From contig CBDBHE010000002.1 in assembly GCA_965205605.1 (NCBI GenBank), positions 64,001 to 128,000 on the forward strand: 64,000 bases of DNA, read 5' to 3'. Shown here piece after piece: positions 53,308 through 61,264 of this stretch (within the stretch, counting starts at the first letter, position 1; each line of letters starts with the position of its first letter). This stretch comes from Spirochaetota bacterium (GTDB lineage: Bacteria; Spirochaetota; UBA12135; COTS27; CBDBHE01). Both the position numbers and the translations under genes were made by a program. The notes under the pieces are model-generated. The model searched no databases. It was not told where the DNA came from and saw only the letters and a program-made list of their open reading frames with translations.

Positions 53308-54977
53308 TTGAAAAAATACTCTCCTTCTTTTTTTCCCAAAGTGAGTTTAGCTTTAATTGCCTTTGCAATGGGAGCAAGTGGACTTGCTTATGAATACACA
53401 TTTAGTAAGTTAAGCTCGGATTTACTTGGATTTTCAGCAAAGCAGTGGGCGTTTGTCATTGCTTTAATGATGCTTTTTATGGGGATTGGTTCGGACTTAC
53501 AAAAACATTTAAAAGATAAATTTCTTTTTGAAAAATTTATTTTAATGGAAATTATTCTTAGTCTTGTAGGAGGATTCGCTCCTATAATATTGCTTTATCT
53601 TTTTGGAGCACAAAGAGATTTTTTTGTTTTGTTTCAATTTCTTTTTATTGCTTTAGTAGGTTTATTAGTGGGAACGGAAATTCCTATTATGATTCGTTTG
53701 AATGCTCAGTATGAAAAAAAATTGAAAGTTAATTTAAGTGGGATTCTTCGTATGGATTATATTGGGGGATTTTTTGGAGCTCTTTTTTGGTTATATCTTT
53801 TGATTCGTTTTAGAAATATTTCTCAAATAGGGCTTGTTTTTGGTATTTTTAATTTAATGGCGACTTTTTGGGCTTTTTATTATTTTAGGACTCTTACAAG
53901 ATATACGTTTGTTTTTTTGTTGACGATTGTTTTAGTTTTAAGTATTTGTTTTTGTTCTCTTTTTTTTATTCCTAAATGGACTCTTTTTTTTGAACAGCAG
54001 CTTTTTAGAAATCAAGTCGTTTTTTCAAAAACAACTCCCTATCAGCATATTGTGCTTACAAAGTCGTCTTCAGGAATTTTTTATTGTTATATTAATGGAA
54101 ATACACAATTTTCTAGTTTTGATGAACACATCTATCATGAAATGTTGGTACACCCAGCGATGTTAGCTGCTAAAAGCCATGCGAATATTTTGATTTTAGG
54201 GGGAGGAGATGGGCTGGCTTTAAGAGAAATTTTAAAGTATAAAACTGTTGAAAAAGTTACTTTAGTTGATATTGATCCTCAAATGACGGAGTTTGCTAGA
54301 ACAAACCCTTATTTTCTTAAACTCAATCAAGGAAGTTTGAATCATGAAAAAGTCACAATTATCTCTAATAAAGAAATTACTAATAAAGAAAAAACAGCTT
54401 TTTATCTCCCCGATAGACGCTCGAGACCGATTGGTTTAGAAAAAAAAATGGGGGAAGTTTTTTTAATTCATATGGATGCGGCGGCTTACATTGATCAAGT
54501 AAAAGATTTTTATGATGTTATTATTTTGGATTTTCCTGACCCTAATCAATTGGGACTTGTGAAATTGTATTCACTTAGTTTTTATAAAAAATTACAAGAA
54601 AAATTAAGGCCTTATGGGATTATTGCTCAACAAGCCACTTCATCTGTTTATTCTAAAGAAACTTTTTTGTGTATAGGCAGGACTCTTAAAAAAGCAGGGT
54701 TTAGTGCTAAAGGGTATCATGAAGTAGTGCCTACTTTTGGAGACTGGGGGATTTTGGCTTGCCACTGCTAAACAAGATGCATCTGAAGAAATGATTGAGA
54801 AAAAACTTTTATCAATAAAAAAGATCCCTGTTGAGACAAAATATTTTTTCTGCACCTGTTTTAGGGCGTTCTTTAATTTTTGGGAAAGATTTTTTTAAAA
54901 CTGAAAAAGAGGGTTACAATACACTTTTAAATCATTTGATTTTTTATCTGTATCAAGAAGAAATTAAAAAATTTTAA
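53308..54977 (+). CDS. membrane-anchored polyamine aminopropyltransferase (spermidine synthase-like); two apparent homopolymer frameshifts near the 3' end
   Basis: About 7 TMs (SGLAYE, GTEIP, DYIGG), then TPYQHI, NGNTQFSSFDEHIYHEMLVHP, ILGGGDG, LDFPDP, VPTFGDWG; removing one base at G5 54746-54750 and at T6 54844-54849 extends the frame to TAA 54977. Confidence 0.88.
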
Positions 54978-55068
54978 GATTCAATTTTTAGCTAATTCGT
55001 TTAAATTTCTTTATATTTTAAATTAATTTTAATTTGCAATAGCTTATTTATGTTATAATGAGCTCATA

Positions 55069-55941
55069 ATGCATTTGCACCCTAGCTTTCTTTTTTTATT
55101 AACAGGTTTTTTATTTATATGGACTTGTGGGACTTGCTCAAAGGCTATTAGTAATCAGCAAAAAGTAAGTCAAGGGGGGCGTCATTTTAAAACATCCCTT
55201 TCAGAAGAAGCCTCAAAAGGTCTTGATTTAGAATCTCTTGTGGGAATTGTAAAAGAAGTCAAAACAGCAGAAGAGTTTGAGTCAACTCTTAATCAACCAA
55301 ATGGGATTAATAATCTTGATCTTAATGGAGATGGGAAAGTTGATTATATTAATGTAACAGAGTATGGCAGTAAAGCCAAAGCCAGTAAAGCGTATGGATT
55401 TTCGTTAACAACAGAAGTCGAAAAAGGTGAAGTCCAAGAATTAGCTACTGTTGAAATGACGAGTTCTGGAAATCAAGTGGATGTTCAAGTGGGAGGAAAT
55501 GAACAGATTTATGGGAGAGGTTCTTATTATAATTCGTATTTTCCTGTTAGTTCTTTTTTACTGTGGTCTTATTTGTTAACACCACATCCTTTTTATGCCT
55601 CTCCTTGGGGATATGGTTATTATCCGGGTTCTTATTATCCGTATTCGCGTGTGCCTTACGGGGCTTATTCTTCAAGAACAGAGCAGTATAAAAGAAATAC
55701 AGGGGTGCAAAAAACATCTTCGTTAAAAAATACAGGTCTTAATAATCCCAATAGAGGTAAAAGAGCCGATTCTGGGATTAGAAGAAGTCTTAAAAATCCA
55801 ACGACTTCTCAAAAAAGTTTTCAAAGTAGGAATGTTAATCGACGTGCCTCTAGTGGAGGTTTTGGGAGACGCTCTAGTTCGTTTAGAAGTGCTAGGGGTA
55901 TTAATTCTTCATCGAGAAGTTTCGGTGGATTTGGGAAGTAA
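55069..55941 (+). CDS. exported/lipoprotein-like protein with DLNGDG motif and Y/G/S/R-rich tail
   Basis: Hydrophobic leader ending IWTC; NNLDLNGDGKVDYI; YASPWGYGYYP; ends SSSRSFGGFGK. Confidence 0.75.
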   Translation: MHLHPSFLFLLTGFLFIWTCGTCSKAISNQQKVSQGGRHFKTSLSEEASKGLDLESLVGIVKEVKTAEEFESTLNQPNGINNLDLNGDGKVDYINVTEYGSKAKASKAYGFSLTTEVEKGEVQELATVEMTSSGNQVDVQVGGNEQIYGRGSYYNSYFPVSSFLLWSYLLTPHPFYASPWGYGYYPGSYYPYSRVPYGAYSSRTEQYKRNTGVQKTSSLKNTGLNNPNRGKRADSGIRRSLKNPTTSQKSFQSRNVNRRASSGGFGRRSSSFRSARGINSSSRSFGGFGK

Positions 55942-55946
55942 TTTTA

Positions 55947-56846
55947 TTGATGTTTGAATTATTAAAAAACACCATTATTCAAGATTATTTGGTTTTTGAT
56001 GTTGCGTTTGAGTATATTCACTGGGAATCTTTAATTTTTGTTTTAGAGGCTTTTGTTTTACTTTATTTAGGCAAGTTGCTCCATGGTTTTTTTTCTCCTT
56101 ATAAAGCAAATGAACAACTTGTTAAGTTAGATAATAAAGCGTTTTCGGTTTCTTTTTCAGGTTACATAATGGGAATTGGTTTAATTATTTTTAGTGTGAT
56201 TAAAGAAGGGGAGACTTTTTCATTATATTTTGATTTATTTGAAGTTGCTTTTTGGAGTTTTGTTGGGATTTTACTTCTTAATTTATCAAGATTTATTAAT
56301 GATCGATTGATTCTTTACAAATTTGATAATGTTAAAGAGATTTTAAAAGATAAAAATATTGGTACAGGAGCTGTTCAATTTGGAAGCTATTTTGGTTCGG
56401 CGATTGTTTTAAGTGCCTTGATTTCTCAACCAGCAAGTGATCCTTTTTTAATAGATGTTTTTAATACGATTATTTATTTTTTTATCACGCAACTCTTTTT
56501 TGTTTTATTTGGTTTTATTTATCAAAAAATAACAGTTTATGATTTTCATGAAGAAATTGAAAGAGATAACGCAGCAGCAGGAGTTAGTTTTGGCTTAACC
56601 CTTGTGGCTATAGGCATTGTCATAGCGCATCCTTTAAAGAGTAGTTATGGTATTGTTTCTTTTTTCATTTGGTTTGTTAATGGAGTAGTTCTTTTAGCTT
56701 TATCACGTTTTTTAATTGATAAAGTAATGATTAGAGGGGTATCCTTAGAGGATGAAATTAAAAATGACCAAAATTGGGGTGTTGCTCTTTTAGAAGGTGG
56801 GATTGCGATTACGGTTGCTTTTATACTGCAGGCTTCTTTTACGTAA
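55947..56846 (+). CDS. tandem DUF350 membrane protein
   Basis: Repeated units EQLVKLDNKAFSV / EILKDKNIGTG / EEIERDNAAAGV / DEIKNDQNWGVA between TMs. Confidence 0.85.
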   Translation: MMFELLKNTIIQDYLVFDVAFEYIHWESLIFVLEAFVLLYLGKLLHGFFSPYKANEQLVKLDNKAFSVSFSGYIMGIGLIIFSVIKEGETFSLYFDLFEVAFWSFVGILLLNLSRFINDRLILYKFDNVKEILKDKNIGTGAVQFGSYFGSAIVLSALISQPASDPFLIDVFNTIIYFFITQLFFVLFGFIYQKITVYDFHEEIERDNAAAGVSFGLTLVAIGIVIAHPLKSSYGIVSFFIWFVNGVVLLALSRFLIDKVMIRGVSLEDEIKNDQNWGVALLEGGIAITVAFILQASFT

Positions 56847-56909
56847 TAAATAGTATTATCAAAAATTGATATATAAATAAGAGTGTAATTAAAAATTAAT
56901 TTTAATTTT

Positions 56910-57701
56910 ATGGCTTTTTTTCTTGATACTAATCAAAAAAAGCAATTCGCTGGAATTTTTTTATTAGAAAAAATTATTAATGAAAAAAAAGCTTTTGATA
57001 TTTTTTTAGAGAACAATGATAAAGATTTAGAGCCCGTTTTTGAGTACCTCATGATGCATTCGTATATAAAAATTAAAAATGAGAAATTTTACATAGAAAC
57101 AGAAAAAGGAAACGATTTACTTAAAAAATTTGCACTTCGTTATAGAGATTTTCTAAGATTTTTTGATATTTATAATGCAGTGGATTTAGCAGAAGGTGCT
57201 TTTGCTTTTGAGTCTTACTTTGACTTTGAAGTAGATCAACAGTGGCAGATTTTTTTACAAGATCAAAGATGGGAGGATCTTAGAATTGCTGTTGCTGTTT
57301 TTAAAAAAATTAATCCAATTGAAATTGTTTTTATGAGTTTTATTCGAGAAAAGCGTTTTGGATTTACAGAGAAGTCTGGATGGCAATTTGATCTTCTTTT
57401 AGGTTCGGTTTGGGAAGAAATTTTAGATATTTGTAATACCGCTTTAAAAATGGAAGAGTTAGCTTATTTTGATGAAGAAATAAAGACGAATGTTAGTGGA
57501 GAAGAGGTTATTAAAGATATTATTATCCAAGGAGCTCAGTTGAATAAAAAACTGTTTCAAAAAGAAGGAGAGAGAGACAATCAATTAAATGGTTTTTGTG
57601 GTTCTTTAGAAGAGATTAGAGAAAATATTTTAAAAACATATGATAATTACTTAAATCCGTATTATCTTCCTGATTATTGGAAGGGAGGAATTTTAAATTA
57701 G
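56910..57701 (+). CDS. conserved hypothetical cytoplasmic protein
   Basis: 263 aa, acidic; WEDLRIAV and WQFDLLLG blocks; possible winged-helix N-terminus. Confidence 0.7.
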   Translation: MAFFLDTNQKKQFAGIFLLEKIINEKKAFDIFLENNDKDLEPVFEYLMMHSYIKIKNEKFYIETEKGNDLLKKFALRYRDFLRFFDIYNAVDLAEGAFAFESYFDFEVDQQWQIFLQDQRWEDLRIAVAVFKKINPIEIVFMSFIREKRFGFTEKSGWQFDLLLGSVWEEILDICNTALKMEELAYFDEEIKTNVSGEEVIKDIIIQGAQLNKKLFQKEGERDNQLNGFCGSLEEIRENILKTYDNYLNPYYLPDYWKGGILN

Positions 57702-57707
57702 AGGTAA

Positions 57708-58133
57708 ATGATGACAGAAAATTTTGATCAAGTGTGTGTAAGATCTAAAAAAGAAGATGGACTTGTTGATTTTTTAAGAGAAAGAGATTTTCAAGTAGAA
57801 ATATTACAAGAAGATTTATTAAAGGTTTCTAGTCCAGAAATTATTGATGTGTATATTCACATTAAAAACCAATCACTTTTTTTTGAAATAGAAATAGGGA
57901 TCATAGAAAATTTTGCTAGTGAAGAACTGTATAAAAAATTACTTGATTTAAATACAGAGATTCTTCCTGTCAGTTTGGGCTTGGATACAACTTCATCAGA
58001 GAAGCCAAGACTTGTGATTGTTGAAAGCAGAGAAATCAAAAATTTAGATGAAAATGAGATTCTTTGTGTTTTTGAAGCTTTTGAAATTGCTTCTGCTAAA
58101 GTAGAAGTTATTTTAAGCCAGTATATTAAATAA
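57708..58133 (+). CDS. YbjN/CesT (T3SS-chaperone-fold, YjfI-like) protein
   Basis: 141 aa acidic protein with LYKKLLDLN..PVSLG and NLDENEI patterns; immediately upstream of pspA. Confidence 0.65.
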   Translation: MMTENFDQVCVRSKKEDGLVDFLRERDFQVEILQEDLLKVSSPEIIDVYIHIKNQSLFFEIEIGIIENFASEELYKKLLDLNTEILPVSLGLDTTSSEKPRLVIVESREIKNLDENEILCVFEAFEIASAKVEVILSQYIK

Positions 58134-58147
58134 AAAAGGAGATTTTT

Positions 58148-58828
58148 ATGGGTGTTTTTTCTCGTTTGTTGAAAGTAGGTCAAGCAAAAGCAAATCAAAT
58201 TGTTGATAATTTAGAAAAACCTGAAATTATGTTAGAACAAGCAATTTTAGATCAGGAAAAACAAATTAGGCAAGCTAAGGCTAATGTACAACAAGTCATT
58301 GCTACAGAAAGGCAAACAAAAGCTCTTTTAGATAAAGAAGGTAATGAAAAAACTAATTGGGAAGAAAGAGCTAAAGCTGCTCTTAAGGCAAATGAAGAAA
58401 CTCTTGCTACTAAAGCCCTTCAGCGTTCAGAAGAACATGAAAAAAAAATGATCGCTTTACAACCCACTTGGGAAGTACAAAGAAAAGATGTGGAAAGCTT
58501 AAAGCAAGATATCCAAAAAATGGAAAATGAACTTGCAGAATTAAAGCGAGATAAAGATATTATTGTCGCTCAATCAAAAGCAGCTGAAGTTAAAAAAACA
58601 ATTTATGAAGCAAAAGCTAAAATCGGTAAAAATTCTACAGCCGATTTAATCGCTAGAATGAAAGCGAAATCTGAAAGACAAAATTTTGAAGCTCAAGCAG
58701 CTAAAGAACTTTTAGACGTTGGAGGAGACTCTTTAGAAAAAGACTTTGAAAAAATTGAAAGAAGTGCTACAACCAATCAATCGATTCAAAATAAATTAGA
58801 ATCTATGAAAAAAGAAATTGAGGGATAA
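58148..58828 (+). CDS. PspA/IM30 (bacterial ESCRT-III) family protein
   Basis: MGVFSRL..ANQIVDNLEKPEIMLEQAI, WEERAKAAL..LATKAL, long coiled coil; AAGGAG RBS. Confidence 0.93.
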   Translation: MGVFSRLLKVGQAKANQIVDNLEKPEIMLEQAILDQEKQIRQAKANVQQVIATERQTKALLDKEGNEKTNWEERAKAALKANEETLATKALQRSEEHEKKMIALQPTWEVQRKDVESLKQDIQKMENELAELKRDKDIIVAQSKAAEVKKTIYEAKAKIGKNSTADLIARMKAKSERQNFEAQAAKELLDVGGDSLEKDFEKIERSATTNQSIQNKLESMKKEIEG

Positions 58829-58842
58829 TGATTCTTTTCCAA

Positions 58843-59403
58843 TTATTTTTTTTCTTCTTCTTTTTCATATTTGATATAAATAGAAACTACAATACCAGAG
58901 ATAGCTCCAAACAAATGTTCTTCCCAGGAAATCCATTGATTAATAGGTAAAATACCAGATAATAAAGTCCCTCCATATAAAAAAGTAATTAGAAGACTAA
59001 TAAATATTTTTCCAAATTGTTTATGTAACCATCCTGAAATAGCAAGAAATGTAATTAACCCGTAAACAACTCCACTAATGCCAATATGAGAACCATTTCT
59101 TCCAATGATCCAAACAAAAATTCCAGTGATCAACATAATAATAAAAAAAACTTTCCAAAAAAAATCTTTATAAAAAGAAATTAAAAAAAAAGACAAAATA
59201 AACAAAGAGATCGAATTACTTAAAAGATGTGCAAAATTTCCGTGAATAAAAGGAGAAGAGAAAATACCTATTAAACCTAGTTTGGTTCGAGGAATGAGTC
59301 CATATTGTTTAAAATTAACCATTGGCAAAAGTGCGTCAATAATGAAAATGCCCCAGATAAAAATGATCAGGTAGGTTGATTTTTTTAAATTGTTGTAAAT
59401 CAT
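58843..59403 (-). CDS. rhomboid family intramembrane serine protease
   Basis: PFIHGNFAHLLSN, HIGISGVVYG (GxSG), ISWEEHLFGA. Confidence 0.9.
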   Translation of the reverse strand: MIYNNLKKSTYLIIFIWGIFIIDALLPMVNFKQYGLIPRTKLGLIGIFSSPFIHGNFAHLLSNSISLFILSFFLISFYKDFFWKVFFIIMLITGIFVWIIGRNGSHIGISGVVYGLITFLAISGWLHKQFGKIFISLLITFLYGGTLLSGILPINQWISWEEHLFGAISGIVVSIYIKYEKEEEKK

Positions 59404-59494
59404 ATTGGTTTCTCTTAAAATGAAAATAAATTTTTATTATTATATAATACGATGAATAGTTTTTATTTTTTTCAAATCAAAATAAATAAGTCTA

Positions 59495-60142
59495 ATGAAA
59501 TTTTTAATGATTAATCAATTATTATTAGTTAATTTAAAAATAAAAAAAATTACTTTACTTTTTTTTCTTACCTTTTTTTTACAATTGCTTGCTATCGAAA
59601 TTCGATTAAAATCACCAGAACGCGTTTATTTAAAAAAAAATCGGATTTGTGTTGATTTAGAAACCACTGATAATATTTTGTCGGATGAAATTATAGAGTA
59701 TTTGACTTACGGTATCCCTGTTTACTTTAATTATTTTATTTATTTTTATGAGAAAAAATCTTTTTTTGATAAAATTTTAGTAAAAGTAGTGATTAGAAAG
59801 AAAGTGGAATATGATATTTGGTCAAAAACTTATTTTATTCGATGTAAAAAAATTAAAGGATACCCTAAAAAAATAAAAAATATTCATGACTTACAACAGG
59901 AAGTCGTTGCCTTAAAAGGAGTTTCAGTTATTGATCAATCTGTTTTATCAAGAAAATCTAAATATTATTTTAAAACTAAAATGGGACTTATTATTAAGCG
60001 CTCTTTTTCTCCTTTCTATCAAATTTTTTTTAGTTTTTTTTCAGTTTTTAAATATAAAACTACTTTTTTTGATAGCATTCCTTATTCTTTTAATGAATTA
60101 AAAAATTTTTCAAAAAATAAAGTGAATTTAAACAAAAAATAA
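59495..60142 (+). CDS. exported protein, DUF4390-like
   Basis: Signal-like N-terminus; L..GIPV.F.Y.I and YDIWSKTY pattern. Confidence 0.5.
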   Translation: MKFLMINQLLLVNLKIKKITLLFFLTFFLQLLAIEIRLKSPERVYLKKNRICVDLETTDNILSDEIIEYLTYGIPVYFNYFIYFYEKKSFFDKILVKVVIRKKVEYDIWSKTYFIRCKKIKGYPKKIKNIHDLQQEVVALKGVSVIDQSVLSRKSKYYFKTKMGLIIKRSFSPFYQIFFSFFSVFKYKTTFFDSIPYSFNELKNFSKNKVNLNKK

Positions 60143-60152
60143 AATTTTATTT

Positions 60153-61184
60153 TTAAACATCTCTTACACAACGAAAACTTAAGTTACAACTAGAAGAATT
60201 AGGTGTATTTGAGGCTCTCGCACCAACACGGTAGCGATAACAATAAGATGCATGGCAAAGATACGATCCTCCTTTAATGACCTTTAAATTATTTTTTTTA
60301 ATTCCTAAAGGGTTTTTTGAAGAAGAGTTTGTGTGATAATTTCGGTCCCACCAATCATAGCACCATTCCCAAACATTTCCTGCTATATTATAAAGCCCAA
60401 AACCATTAGGTTCATAACTATCGACTGGAGCGGTTACTAAAAAGCCATCTTCTTTTTTGTTTTTTAAGGGAAACTGACCTTCCCAAATATTACACATCAG
60501 TTGGTTGTTTTTTTTAAATTGATTTCCCCAAGCATAACGTTTTTGTTCCAGGTTTCCTCTGGCAGCACACTCCCATTCGGCTTCTGTAGGCAGGCGTTTT
60601 TTAGCCCACTTACAGTATCTCAGAGCATCATTATAAGAAATATGGACTACAGGATGATTCATTCTAGTTTTTATAGTGGATTTAGGGCCTTCAGGATGGT
60701 CCCAACAAGCTCTATTAACTTTAATCCACCATTCTTGTCCAGAGACAATATTTGAATTGTTATAAGCTTCTTTCATTTGTTTTTTTGATAAAAGCATCCA
60801 GAAAACAAACGAAGACCCCAATCTTTCTGCTTCTGTTAGATAATGAGTGGCTTTAACAAATTCACTAAATTTTTCATTACTAACAACATATTTGTCAATA
60901 TAAAAGGGATTTACATATACTTTTCTAGCAGGGCCTTCCCCGTCGCTTGGGTGAGTGTATTTTTCGTTACTACCCATATAAAAAGTAGTATCTTTAATGA
61001 AGACCATTTCTTTGGTGCAACCTTTATTGATACGATGCAGTTTTTCTTTGTTGCCAATAAAATTTAATTGAGCACAGGAAGAAAAAGATAAAGCAATTGT
61101 AGAATAGCCTAAAGAAGTTAAAAATTTTCTTCTATTAATATTATTAGTGTTAAAGAGAGGATTTTTTTTAGGAGGAAAAGGCAT
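60153..61184 (-). CDS. formylglycine-generating enzyme (SUMF1/FGE) family protein with Tat lipoprotein signal
   Basis: NRRKFL..LSFSSC; HPVVHISYNDA, RLPTEAEWE, GNVWEW, KGGSYLCHASYCYRYR, FRC. Confidence 0.92.
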   Translation of the reverse strand: MPFPPKKNPLFNTNNINRRKFLTSLGYSTIALSFSSCAQLNFIGNKEKLHRINKGCTKEMVFIKDTTFYMGSNEKYTHPSDGEGPARKVYVNPFYIDKYVVSNEKFSEFVKATHYLTEAERLGSSFVFWMLLSKKQMKEAYNNSNIVSGQEWWIKVNRACWDHPEGPKSTIKTRMNHPVVHISYNDALRYCKWAKKRLPTEAEWECAARGNLEQKRYAWGNQFKKNNQLMCNIWEGQFPLKNKKEDGFLVTAPVDSYEPNGFGLYNIAGNVWEWCYDWWDRNYHTNSSSKNPLGIKKNNLKVIKGGSYLCHASYCYRYRVGARASNTPNSSSCNLSFRCVRDV

Positions 61185-61220
61185 TTTAAAGGTATTTTAG
61201 TATAAAAAAGCACTTAAAAC

Positions 61221-61244
61221 TTTAAAAGATAGCCATCTTTTAAA
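61221..61244 (-). terminator. possible intrinsic terminator hairpin after metE
   Basis: TTTAAAAGAT-AGCC-ATCTTTTAAA inverted repeat about 20 nt past the metE stop; AT-rich and weak. Confidence 0.35.
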
Positions 61245-61264
61245 AAATAATAAAAATGATAACT

